DNA of 58,118 nt, the filler included, from Sphacelaria rigidula (taxonomy: Eukaryota): assembly GCA_964200075.2 (NCBI GenBank). It is 9 parts of 9 records of this genome, joined end to end, with 100 filler letters (N's around TTAATTAATTAA, not from the genome) between each part and the next. Parts side by side here need not be neighbours in the genome. Positions count along the whole stretch, not along the records: positions 25,877 to 32,245 come from CAXNAA020020491.1; positions 32,346 to 38,714 come from CAXNAA020020492.1; positions 38,815 to 45,182 come from CAXNAA020020493.1; 6 more parts are not named here. One strand, written 5' to 3'. Numbering within the stretch: position 1 is the stretch's first letter; every line of letters starts with the position of its first letter. A program made the translations under genes and the position numbers. Under the pieces are notes generated by a model, which did no database searches, was not told the DNA's origin, and worked only from the letters and a program-made list of their open reading frames with translations. Of this stretch, positions 29,376 through 41,975 are shown piece by piece.

Positions 29376-31567
29376 AGAACTTTCTATTTATGTTATCAGA
29401 CACTAGGATGATGGAGCTTGTTTAGGTCTACTCAGCACGGGAGGGGACACAAATACCATGCATTACCGGGAAGCAGCATGAGTCTTGACCTACAGTGGAA
29501 TATGTCCCCACGTGGGGTAGACATTTGTTCTGTGGGCTGTGCGCTTGTCGCGCCTTGCTGTTCGGATTGAACATCGTCAAGTTGGGAGATCGATACTGTT
29601 TTTCATCATCTAACGGAAACTACTCCGGTCGTGAGGAACACTGGATTACATTATGCTTGACCTGCAGTAGCATCACAATCGTCTCCATTATATGCCTAAA
29701 ATTGACAACAGAGCACATCGTCACGAGCTACCCTCACTAGGCGATGTGGATCCGTGTGAGTTCTCTTGATACATATTGCGTGGTTTCTCAAACGAAGGGT
29801 ATATATCGTTTATGCAAGAGTTGGCATCTGTCTTCGTTCCCAAGCCTCACTAGAACTGTTTCGACGACCTCTCACAAGGGAACGAAGGAAGCACCCACCA
29901 CCGCAGATAACGGGAAATGACACCCATGAGCGGCAACGCTCTCGATGTAGATTCAAATTGAAAATGGTCCCGAACTCTCGAAAATAACATTTATCGAGAC
30001 GTTTCGTCCAGATCTTTTCTCAGCAATGTCTTATCGACGGCGCAACTTCCGGGGGCATGACGGCCGCAGGTGTCGAGAACATGGAGCTTCGGAAACCATT
30101 CATCCAGGTGGGTGGTGAGTTGCGTTACCTCTACCACACTACGTACCCTTTGTCGACTAGATGCTCCAGTGACCATTTGCTGAGCTCACTCATCCCTCCA
30201 TTGAGGACCTCGGGCGCGTCTTCCATTAGTGGCCTGTCGTCAATTCTTCCATGCAGACCGCCGTATGACGCTCGAACCCTGCAATCGCAGTCGAGTCGTT
30301 CAACCAGAAGCACGATAAGGGGCGAGGGGGTACTCGGATCTCGCACATTGTAGCTATTGGACCATTAAACACACTGGCGTACTCAACAGAGTGTAGCATC
30401 GCTTTGAGTGGGATGCTCACGGATGGTCAACCGCTTCGCTAATCTCTGCGGAAGGTGCAAAGAAAGCAACGCTATTACAGGCGCAGACAACGAAGTTAGC
30501 AACTCCATGGCGCACTCACCCGAGGGTGATTTTCCTGCAACTTGTCTCGTATGGACTGAAATTCCAAATTACTCTGGCAAAGTCTGTGACCAAGCTGTTT
30601 TAGGAGGTTGTACCAACGACATGAACGGTGGGTTGGGGACCTTGATTTTGATCAGTGGCCCAAAGCACTCGTTTACCGCCTGAAAGTACAGTAACAGAGT
30701 TGCGAGGCAAGCTGCAAGTACTGTCCAGCCGGTTTTACAGCGACGTTTCTACAGCATATTTCCCAAAATACCATAAATCAAAAGACGCAACTGAATCAGC
30801 TCCTTGGTATCGAGATACTATGCCCCAACTTCTTCACAGGAAGCCTTTTGAGCCCAGGTTCATTTGCCACTCGTAGTAACCCTGCTCCCACAGTGGCACA
30901 TGTAATAAAGTGATACGGAATTTGGGCGTATCATGGACCAGATACCGCTCTCCTGTCAATTTTTCACTCACCCGTCAGCCGGAGATTCACGCCGTGCATT
31001 GCTGGCATCGCGTTCACCATATTTTGGTGATTTCGGTTGAGCATACCGTCTACTGCCGCTGCTGGTACTGTTTGCAACAGCAGGTGTTGACACCGCGTTG
31101 CTGACGTCATGAACTCCTGTGCCGGAGTCGTGTCACCCGAGGAATAGTCGGGGGTGGAGGGCGAGACAAACGTGGGCGTTTTGCTACCAAGTCCCGGGAC
31201 CTATTTACGCAAACGAGGGTGTATGATGCCCCCATGATCAGTCATCCCTGACACAGCTTTAAAACCCTAGTCCTCCGGACGGCAACATGGGAGGCCATCG
31301 GAATTAGCTACCGTCATACCCTCCCCGTTCGAACAAATCACCGTTTCTCTCCCGGCAACGAAGAAAGAAAATGTCTACGGAAGCAGCTTTCGTTTTGGTT
31401 TGGTGGCTATCATCATGGTGGTCGTTCCTGGGGTTTCGTGGGGGTATATACCCTTGCGCCAACAGCGACAGGAGAATTTTCTTGGCAGCATGTACTCATA
31501 GGTGAGTAACAAGGGGTATCCCTCCTCTACCTTGATCGTTTCTTATCAACCCGCCCCCCCCCGCCTT

Positions 31568-32245
31568 GTTCCACCTCGAAAGGGATGCGTGGTCAATGGT
31601 CAAACGACTAAGGCAAGCAACAAATGAGTACGCCCCCCCGCCTCCGCCGTCAGTGCGCGGTCACACATCCCTCTCTGTGCACCACTACCTTCAGCCCTGG
31701 GTGAAGAACCCAAGGTGTTGGATCCTAGACTCTCCCTCGGAACAGTCGGTGAAAGGATGTCTTCTGTGCTTGCGCACTGGTTGCATTCATCGTTTCCCCT
31801 CTTCGGTTTCGTTTATGGACAACAGAAACGGTGGGGAGAAAGCGGAAAGACATGGGGTTTCGCGGAAGTTGTGGGTGTGGCCGGTACACTGTAGGGTATG
31901 GTATGTTCTTCACCTATTATTCTCTCTCATGGATACGACTTATGGTCAATGCACCGGGTGTTCATGCATGGACTGTGAAGAATTTGTGATACGACGGGAA
32001 TAACAACCTTCCTCATTCTCCACAAACCAAGAAAGCGTGCTACACTAGTGTTGGGTTTTGTTAGTCATCATACTGTCCTTCGTTCGTTCATGCTGACGAC
32101 AATATCTACCGTAGAATGTGTTGTTCCGCGGTGGCTACATGAGACCGATCGCCTTCATCTGTTCTTCCTCAAAGGGGGAGGGGGGGGCGTACTCATTTGT
32201 TGCTTGCCTTAGTCGTCTGACCATTGACCACGCACCCCTTTCGAG
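31568..32245. mobile_element. Non-autonomous TIR element with ~65 bp TIRs
   Basis: ctcgaaagggatgcgtggtcaatggtcaaacgactaaggcaagcaacaaatgagtacgcccc at the left end and its reverse complement ending at 32245; another right TIR at 58045-58118. Confidence 0.8.
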
Positions 32246-32345
32246 NNNNNNNNNNNNNNNNNNNNNNNNNNNNNNNNNNNNNNNNNNNNTTAATTAATTA
32301 ANNNNNNNNNNNNNNNNNNNNNNNNNNNNNNNNNNNNNNNNNNNN
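32246..32345. other. Artificial scaffold spacer
   Basis: N-TTAATTAATTAA-N, 100 nt. Confidence 0.97.
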
Positions 32346-32660
32346 ACCAGGCTCGCACTCAAACCACAAAGCGCGAAGCGCCGGGGTGTGCTCGGCGAGT
32401 CGCATGAAGGGTGAGCTGCATCCTAAGATTGTTCGGCCCGAGGCATACTGATTATCTTGCATTTGGATGGCAACCTACAATGAGTTGCTTTATTTTCGGG
32501 GTAGGGGGGGGGGCTAATTTCATTATGAATCTACAGTAGTCTAGACGGCAAACTTGTCCGCAGAACATGTTATCTCGCGTTCGGAGTGAAAAAATGAAAC
32601 ATTGGACACGAGCGGGCATTCCTCGTGTCAAAAGAGCAAATGTGGAAGTATCTCCGGAAT

Positions 32661-33453
32661 ATTCCACACCTTGGGCAATATATACTGGTCAACAGTTGCA
32701 ATAGACCAGAAATGTACCGCGTAATGTGTATAGACTTATCGCAACTACGAGCTGGGGCGGCTGACAGTGATTATTGAATAAAGAATCGAGATGCGACTGG
32801 TAATTCGAAGAGTTAGTCGCTGAAATTTTGACACAACGTTACTATTATCAACCCCCGCGACCCTGTGAGGGATGCAGAGGAAAACGAAAACAGGAATTTA
32901 GAGCGAATTGAAAAATTTCAGCAAAATCAAGGAAAATGCTATAACTTCCTTGGAACATGATAAAAACGACAACACTCGAACACGTACGGGCACCCGCATC
33001 AACGACATCCTGGTACAGTTTCGGTCAAACATACCTCGAATTGGGCGCCGCATCGCACTTTTCGTGTGACACGGCAGCACCCCTTTCATCCAAGTGACAC
33101 GAGAGACTTCAGTCATGGAGGTCATGAGTTCGAATCGTCACATATTACTCTTTTTCTTTTCGTCCGTCATCAAGGTCATATATTATGCAGTACACTTGTT
33201 CTCTTCTTTTTTTTTTCACTCAGCGGCGATGCCTTGTGCTACAGGTTTGCCTGCAGTTCAAAGCGATATGCTCAAGTCGCGCTGATTTGGGAAACTTGAG
33301 AAGTTGTGGTGTGTGGAAGGCAAATGTGGGATTCGCTGCTGGTCCAGCTCGTACGGTCGGGGCGACAACAGTTGCAGTAGGTCTATATACTATACGCGGT
33401 GTATTTCTCGTCTATTGCAACTATTGACCATATATTGTCCACGGTGTAGGAAA
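32661..33453. mobile_element. Family F3 TIR element with a ~570 bp internal insert
   Basis: ttccacaccttgggcaatata..gttgcaatagac / gtctattgcaac..tatattgtccacggtgtaggaa, ~90 bp arms. Confidence 0.7.
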
Positions 33454-35913
33454 ATTGCCAGCGCGTGCTCTGCGTATGGTGGGCCTGCTGCCCTTGTCCC
33501 CACCGGCTGTGTTATGTGTTGTTTTGATATGCTTGCGTCTGTTTGGGTCAGCAGAGGTGCTCGTGCTGCTGTTTGCAGTTGTGAAACCTCCGATACACAC
33601 TGTGGAGACCGAGCATGAAGCTGCGGTTGGCCGTTGGTGTTGCCGCAGTTGCTTGTCGAGCTGCTGAGGTCCTATCCTCGATTCAAACGATGTCTTCCTC
33701 GAGTTTTATACAGTACCTTACGGACGACCTCTTCCGAGAGCATCTGGTTGGCAAAATCCGCAAGCGCTCTTGCACCCCACGACTTGAAGCGGCCAACAAC
33801 CGGACGTCGACGAGCGGTTCTTGCCGACATATCTTAGCATACGAGTAAAATAGCAAGTAGTGCTCAACGCACAATGCTAGCTGATGAAGATGACTGTGCA
33901 ACGCTCGTCAGATATAGTGGTGATGGCACCTGCGGGCCCCACGCGCTCATGTATGGCATACGGTACTCTGGGGACCAGGTGAGGAAAACAAGTGCACTGC
34001 ATGATCGTGTGCGCTTTTTTGCCTGCCCTGACCATCTGTACTGTAGCGACCTTGGCTGAATGTATGTTGCACGGGGCCCAGGTGAGGAATTTTCAACGGA
34101 AACAAAACCCGGGCTATCATAGTACAAATACGGGTTGTGTTGTGGAAGACACCTCTTGGTCGTGAAATATCAGAGATTCATGCCACACATGTATGAAGAA
34201 GAACCAGCGCATGCACGTACAAGGTAGAAACGGTCCGAAAGGACAGATTACCGCGACTCGTTTAAATTGGGGGGGGGGGATGGCTTCGCTCGGTCGTGAG
34301 TGTTTCGCGTTACCCCTGCAAAAAAGAAATGCCACGTCAACCTCATTTTTGAGATGGACCCCATTTTCTAAGATCTACTGTTTATTGCTTTTAGAGCTGC
34401 AGCTGTTCTTTCAGAGGGGAATGCATGCGCAAGGACAGGGTTACACTGCAGTGTAGCCATAGCGTCCGTCCTTTCTCCCGGGTAGGGCACGGATCAAGCA
34501 GATGGGTAGGCAAGTGGTAGTTTTTCGCGTAGAAGGAAATGCAGTTTCTTCTATGGCTGGACAGCAAGGTCTTTCTCCATGTAGCACGCACAAATCTGGC
34601 GCCCCTCTCCCCCCCACCCCTTCCTATTAATCCGCTTGAAAACAGAGAGTTCGCACTTGAAATTAGTTCCAGTCACCATTATGATGAGATTGTGGCGCCA
34701 TAACTTGATTGGCCGTTGCTCCTTGTCCATGAAATAGACATCGTAGCTCTAACAAGACGGCCTTCGAGCAGTTACAAATCCATCGGGTGTAGGATCCGGA
34801 TCTTGCAGGACACAAATACTTCACATACATTCATGGTTGATCTGGATTTTTCAATAGGTTTCTACCGGGCAGGTCATCAACTGGTCCTCTCAGTATTTGG
34901 CCGCTAGTGGGGTTGAAGGTAACATCGAGCTGACACACGATAACTATGCTATGTTTGTTGTCATTGTTGGGGCTCGTGGTTTGAGGGTGATCCATTGGGG
35001 TGTGTGGTCGGCAAAGCTGAGTGAAATTGTGTGGAATTCCTGATGGTTTACAGATGATTGTTTCGGTCGATGAATGTGGTTTGTTACCTTCGACGGGGCA
35101 TATTCGAGTTACAATGTGTGGATGATGACTCCGACGAATCGTCGACCCAGTCACTCATCATTCGACCCACTTCCAGCAACAACAGCCAATTTAAGCTAAA
35201 CATGAGGGTTTTGCGCCTCTCCTTCTCAGGCTTCCGTCTCGCAATCGGGTGATCCACCATCTACTAAACCGGACGCCAATGTGAGCAATTGTTCTGCTCC
35301 GTGCTGTGAACGTAGCTTACATCTTGTGCTGAACTCAACTTTGAAATATCCTGAACAGTGCTCCACAGCTGAGCCGATGTTGACTTACAAGGGGACACAT
35401 CAAAATAGTCATGGGTCGTGCTTGACTTGTATACCGGTGAAACGACGGATTTGCCAAAGTTGCTTGGATACCTGGTTATTCCTTGACACTACGGACATCC
35501 AGGGCGGAACAAATGATAGAGTCACACGGGGTAACCATAAACATCACAACGGTCATTAGGCCGTGCTTGATCTGCATCCTAGGAAAGCAAGAGATATGCC
35601 AAAGCCGCTTGGAAACCTGGGAATACCTTGGCCGAATTACCATCCAGGGGCCGCGGAGGCAATGACTATGCATATGGACTCAACAAAACAGACGTGAAAC
35701 AGGTGTCACGCGTCTAGCAAATTATGGGCGATGTTGTCGTTTTCGTCTCTCCGTCATAAACAGCACGAAACAGAGTGCTGCATCTACTCAATGCTTTCCT
35801 GACTACATTCTAGTCTTTATTTTGTTTTCATTCCCCTTGGAAGCAAACAAAAGGAATAACTCGGAGCATATCATCACCCAGAGCGACAACAGTAACCACA
35901 ATGTGAGGGGGGA

Positions 35914-35975
<62 letters not shown>

Positions 35976-36275
35976 TGTAGTGTCGTCTCGTCCTATCTAT
36001 TTTGGACGCCGGTCTACACCTTTCGGTATATGTGCGCCCATCAGCCCGGGTCACACAGGATGAAGGCCAACACAGTTTGTTTGATTTATCGCGGGGGGCG
36101 TTCAGCGGTGCCTTACCCTCGTCGACCGTTGAGTCGAATTTTGTGCACCTACGACATAGTCGCTCTCCACTGTTAGGCATGGTGTGGGGGAAAATCCCAG
36201 ATCGCTCTGAGATTTGAACCCACGACCCAACCGTCAAAAGGTTTCGAGGTTACCAACTGAGCCACCGGGGCGACC
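35914..36275 (-). mobile_element. tRNA-derived SINE with (CTACA)/(CA)n tail
   Basis: Minus 5' head GGTCGCCCCGGTGGCTCAGTTGGTA (A box) ... GGGTTCAAATCTC (B box), ~220 bp body, then microsatellite tail at 35914-35983. Confidence 0.8.
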
Positions 36276-36624
36276 AGAGTATTGATGTATTTATTTTGTA
36301 ATTATCTAGCATATAAGGTTTTATAGGTGTTTGTGATGAAAATTCGTTCATAAATTTGCGGGGTAAATAATATCGTTATTTTTATTGAGGTTACGGGTAG
36401 GTTCGATGACTGGCGTTAAGAAGAAACTCTATATATTATAATGTGATGGTTTTTTATCTGAAAACAAAGAAAATATTTTTCTCCACGTAAATAACACCAC
36501 GGAGATACACCTGATCGTCTTCCGGCCACGTGATAAGTCTACATACAATACCTTTGGCCGCGAGATCAACCACACTTCGAGACCGACCACACGTTCACAT
36601 GGGAAAAAAATCAAGCTTGTATTT

Positions 36625-37290
36625 TCATACCATCCAGGGTGCTATACTCTGTACATCACACGCGGTGAACTGAAACAATTTCCCGGCTCCCTCACTTACC
36701 CTGGTAGCTCGTCCCAGATATACGTTCTCAGAATAAACGGCGTTGTAATTCGCCGAACCCTCGTCGTCGGTCGGGTACCCGTCACTATCCACCATCTTCG
36801 CCCAGTTCTCGCTTCCATGCTCGATACCCGCGGTCGACTTCGTTTGCTCTTCACGTTCTCCAACTGTCGCGCCCATGACATCCTTGATCGCCTTGGGTGC
36901 GCCTATCTGAGTGGTAGAAGTGGTGAAGGTAGTGCGGAGAGGAAGTTTTTCGGAATATTCGTCATTACCTGTGGTGTCGATCCGGCTCGCGCGATTAGGT
37001 GATGTCACAAGGTGCTGTTGTGTGCTGTGCTGTTGTTTTTGTTGTCGTTGCAAGGACGCCAGTACCTGGGGATCGTGGTCATCTTCCACTTGCGACACCG
37101 ATACTTGCTCGTTTTGGTCCACGAGCAGCAGCATGGAATCGTCGTCATCTTCCACTAGTGAAGAAGAAGAATCGCTTGCGAAGGACATGTTTCCCGTGAT
37201 GCGATAGTACGATGTTTGGTTGCCGTATCCAAAGTCGTAGAAGCTCTCGCCGTCAAGGGACAGGGTCGTGAGCTGCGAGCCAAAACCACC
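36625..37290 (-). CDS. Uncharacterised protein, probable terminal exon (may be a pseudogene)
   Basis: ~220 codons open with protein-like composition (FYDFGYGNQTSYY; YPTDDEGSANYNAVYSENVYLG), preceded on the minus strand by a long pyrimidine tract, but no clear AG acceptor; family not recognised. Confidence 0.45.
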   Translation of the reverse strand, partial: GGFGSQLTTLSLDGESFYDFGYGNQTSYYRITGNMSFASDSSSSLVEDDDDSMLLLVDQNEQVSVSQVEDDHDPQVLASLQRQQKQQHSTQQHLVTSPNRASRIDTTGNDEYSEKLPLRTTFTTSTTQIGAPKAIKDVMGATVGEREEQTKSTAGIEHGSENWAKMVDSDGYPTDDEGSANYNAVYSENVYLGRATRVSEGAGKLFQFTACDVQSIAPWMV

Positions 37291-37969
37291 ACGTATGGCC
37301 AATGAAAATGCAAAAAAAGAAAAAAGGGGGAAAGAGCAAAGCAAAACAAGATAATCAGACAGTAAAAATGAAGAGGTAAAAAGGAGAAGAGAAAAACGGG
37401 GAAAGAGAAGGAGAAAAAAAAGAGCACTGAAAATCTCGAAAACAGCAAAAAAAGGGAACAAAATCACATGGGGACAAAAACATGAAGAAATAATAATTAC
37501 AAAAAACATGTTCCACATTGCGTAGTGCTTGGACGAATAGGACGCCTCCCATTGCAAATACGGGGGTATCAGCAACAACAACAAGATGAAAGCACATCAT
37601 AGCAACTCAATGCCTGGCTTGTGTGGTATCGCAAGCGTGTACAGTACAACAAATTCCGGAAATCAACGTGATCTTTCAAACTCAGTGGCTACCAGTACAA
37701 CGAATAACAAGGGGCCTTATCCATCACCCTACCAACTGCAGGCCATGCCGCCCCCCCCGTCAGAGGCTCTCAACCGGCACGCGCCACCTGTCGCCTGGCT
37801 TCAGGAAACGAGGTACTAGGTAAAAAGCCAACGAGTCCGCAGGAGCCGCTCTCGGCTCAGCCATCCAAGAACCACACTATATCGGCTGGAAATCTCACCA
37901 AAGAGGTCTGCGGCAGCAAGAAGCACACACTGATACGCTATGAGAAGCAATGAGAACCGCACGCGCACG

Positions 37970-38000
<31 letters not shown>

Positions 38001-38714
38001 ATCCGCGCTCGCGCGCGGAGAAGGGTAGTCGGTTACACCCACTTACTCCAGAAGATGGCTCGCACGCCGCGACTGCGCGCCTGCTTGGTGTAGCTGTTCT
38101 TCATCTTATTCTTTCCCTTGAAGGGAGGAGGAAACCTCACCCAACACCTACTGCGGGAGCGGATTCGTGTGCCGATTATCCGGAAGCTCGGGTACGCCGC
38201 CTCACCGCAGTCATGTGGGGTAGGCGCCTCGAGCGTTCGGAAAGCTTTGCTCAAGGCAAGCGTGGGGATTGAACAACTTCCTGAAACCCTCCCATCAACT
38301 TGACGTAGTGCATACTCGGACCTACTCTTATGAGCATCGGTCCTGGGTTGGTGTAGCTGATGTGCAGCTGACACCGATCAGCCCATTGCTCACACCCATC
38401 CATTCTACAGCACTGCTGATGTTGAGTGAGCGACAGCCGTGTGCTTGCGTGAGCAGCAGCAACAGCAGCGGCTCCGGGTGCACGTTTGCGGGTTCCGCTC
38501 TGTGCAGGATACATACATGAGCATACAAAAAAAACTGACGCTACAGCACAGCAATAGTACCGCGTACAGTATCGTCGCCGTATGTACATAACGCAAAAGG
38601 AGCACTGCGTTTGGTTCTCGCCAGTAGTTTGCGGGGGTTGGGAAACTTCAACACCTTTCAATCGTGGATCTGACCTCTCACCGACAATAACCCCTGTACT
38701 CTATAAACGGGGGG

Positions 38715-38814
38715 NNNNNNNNNNNNNNNNNNNNNNNNNNNNNNNNNNNNNNNNNNNNTTAATTAATTAANNNNNNNNNNNNNNNNNNNNNNNNNNNNNN
38801 NNNNNNNNNNNNNN
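38715..38814. other. Artificial scaffold spacer
   Basis: N-TTAATTAATTAA-N, 100 nt. Confidence 0.97.
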
Positions 38815-38897
38815 AAGTCGTGTTTTGGATGAGATCAGGGGCTCCCAACAATTCTAACCTCAGAAAACATTTCTGTACCCCTACCGTAGCATCACTC
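38815..38897. mobile_element. Sola2-like MITE subfamily A, right end only
   Basis: Ends CCCCTACCGTAGCATCACTC. Confidence 0.8.
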
Positions 38898-41771
38898 TTT
38901 CCCGTTACTGAACCTTTCGCGGCCAGAAGTCGGTGGGACGTCGCCATGCATGTCGTCCTTGATGGCCTGCTGTTTGTCAAAATCTGCGTGACATGCGTCG
39001 CACGGGAGGGTGGAGGCAGTGCGTCTTGGGTATTCAGGCCTCGGGTGCGCTCCTGCGGTGGGGAAAATGATATGGGAAATAACGGTGAGAAACTTGGACC
39101 CGCCGTCCGCAGCGAAAATTAAATAAATAAGAGTACACAGCGATCAGGATACAGTATCACCACTTGGGGTGCTTGGGGATGCAACGCACCGAGGGGGTAG
39201 AGGGCACTGTGGACGGCGTTGTAGCGAGCCAATATGTTTTCTCGCTGAGCAACATCCACCTCCTTCAGGTCGAATGGAGGTGCACACTCCAGATCCCGGC
39301 GGCCGTCTTCCCCGTGAAGACTGCAGCATGCATGTGCTTCGTCATGCCGACGGTCACCTGCTCCGTCCCCGCTAGGCGGATTTCGAATGAACGGGGCTGA
39401 GTCACGCCACGAATCGGCAGCACACGGCGACCTTTACCGACAGCTCCTTTGAAATTGCCGAGGGAGCGAAGAGTGGTGGTGAACACCTCCAGTGCCTTGT
39501 ATGCCTTGCGAAAAGCTTCCGCCTGCTGCCTTCTTGTGAAGAGGCGAACTCCCTTGCAGTGAATGGAAATCCTGGTGAAAAATTCCAATGCTTTTGTCGT
39601 CGGTTCTTGCTATATACATTTAGATTTCTTCTCATCGCCACCTCGCTGTACGCAAAAAACATATCCCTGAATATGCCAGTACGAAATCAGGCCGGTTTGT
39701 TCGACCTATGTTATGGTATTTAGAAGCGTAAGTACTTGTGCTGTGGATCATCGTGGATTCACGTCCAGTCCACCTACGGCGCTTCGAAAGCGCATATATC
39801 TGGACACCGTGTCGGAGTGGAATATCGTTGCCGAAGGCGGTATTTCATCTGCTCTTAGGGTTTTGCCCACCGCGTCTGTGGAGGCAACGCATGACTTGTG
39901 CGACCCGTGTCAACAACAGCAGAGGTACTCGTGCAGTCAGAGATTTCATCTGAAAAAAATCGATAACATGAACGAAAACATATACCAAAATATGGCTGCA
40001 GTATTGAGTGATGGACGCGGTTTCACGCGGTCTCACGCGTGCAGTATTACAGTAGAAGGCGAACGATTTCGTTTATCCCTTCCAGTGCGGTGGGGATGGT
40101 GTTTCCTTGACCCCTATCGTATTCGCGGATAAATTACAATATAGTTTGACGTGGTCACGGGGAGAAACAGCGGGGTCGCGGGTAAATGATGTAACCATCA
40201 CCGGGTCTTCTGATGGGTGGGTCCGTTCGTGTACTGGATAATAATATTAACGTCTTGGTGGGATTCACTACGGTTTGTATAAGGAACGACCATTTTTTCC
40301 CGTGACACAAAGCTACATGATTTCCTCCACTCGTCACTGATGTCTGCAAGGATAATGCCGACGCACCTCGAAAAAGACCTGGTCTATCATGATGTGGGCA
40401 TGTCACACCATCATGAAATTAATCTCCACGCGGCCGATTATCCCACGGGCCACAAGACATCCGAGGTATCCCAGCACGATGTGGCTTTCATTCTTCCCCA
40501 CACAGTTGTCGAGTTGCAGACACAGCTCATTAATGTAAGCTGGTGTGTCGCCGGTGCAGTGCAAGTCGAATAATCGGGTAAGCGCGAGGTGGATTGAAGT
40601 GCAAATAAGATTGCTCCATGCACAGCGGCGAGCAACGACGGCGTCAGGGCGCGAATGTCAGTATTCTCGGGGGTTGCTGGCTACGAGGAATGCCGTAACA
40701 ACTCCTCTGTTACTCTCGGTCGGGATACAAAAAGGCCTCCCGAGCAGATTGCTCGAATAAGAAAGCAAGATAGCCGAGTAGCTTAGGTCCCCCGCGGTGC
40801 GCAAGTCATCGCGGGCGGTATCTGGCTCACGAATGCTGTGTGTGCGTGCACATCGCGTGGGAGAGCAGGGACTCACCTCCTCCGATTGTCAGGGGAGACA
40901 GGAAGAATTCCACGAACTGCCTTTCCACAAGTACTGCCATAACGTTTTGGCGCTTCGCGTATCCCCTGCCAGACGTGGCGATCGCCAACAACCACGAGCA
41001 GAAGTCATATGCCCAACTGAAGCAATATGAATAATTGATTTTCAGGGAATCAGTTACTCATGTACTTGTTATTGCGTCCCGGCTCATGACAGAAACCCTC
41101 GAAGGACGATAAAGAACTCTATATACCTTGATACCTCCTGCGGTCTCGGAAGAGACAAATCTCCGAATACCGTCTTTGCAGCAAGAGGGTCGTAAGAAGA
41201 CACATTGGAACATTCGTCACACTTCATACAGGATATTTGCACCAAAACACAGCATATTCCGGACAGGATAGGCCGAATTCTGGCAGGAAAGGGAGGAGGG
41301 CGCAGAAAAAAATGAGAGGGCGCACGTTGAGCACGGCTAAGATTGGAACAAAGGGATAGATAAAACAAATGAATAGACATGTCGACTCAAGGCCTATCGT
41401 CCGCGCCGTAGAAGCATATATACAATCGTTATTGTAGTCTGCACACACACGCACACTTTAAGATACATTTACACACATGTACTGTCAGGTTTCAGCTCCA
41501 ACAACTCCGTGTGTCGCTGTCAACGTGGCAGCCAAGGACGATCACGGCCGTATCAGACGCGGGGATGTGCGGTGCTAATAAGGGGGGGGGTACTACCATG
41601 AGTAGCGGCAGACATCAGGGCGTCCACGTGATTTTGTTTTCGAGGTATCGACGGTGAGGGGCGCGTGTTTGCTATAACTAGTGATGTCCTCGATCCAATT
41701 AAGACGAGCTGTCGCCACCTGGTTCTTGCAGTTTGGACTGCTTGATCAGAGTGGTGTTTCGATATGGGTAG

Positions 41772-41975
41772 CACTTTCGGGCCGAATCCCGTCTGGTGCA
41801 GGGGCTCCTGAAGATCCTAGATGCTCAAGAATATGGTTCTGGGCACCCCCGTTTGCAAATTCATTTGGGACATCCATAGCACATCTATTTCAAAACTCGT
41901 GTTGAGGACGACATAAAGGGCCCCTAAAAAAGTCTAATCTGATACCGTGTTTGCGCACCCCTATCGCGGCATCAC
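41772..41975. mobile_element. Degraded Sola2-like MITE subfamily A
   Basis: Internal words shared with 24531-24787 and a right TIR remnant gcacccctatcgcggcatcactt. Confidence 0.6.

Noticed and set aside
29950..30900. Possible decayed coding region
   Set aside because: Only short ORFs on both strands, with no recognisable motif
36195..36275. Functional tRNA gene
   Set aside because: Acceptor stem does not pair, and it continues into a body and microsatellite tail typical of a SINE
37290..37584. Hydrophobic F/L-rich N-terminus of the 319-aa ORF as transmembrane helices
   Set aside because: Translation of an intron-like polypyrimidine tract
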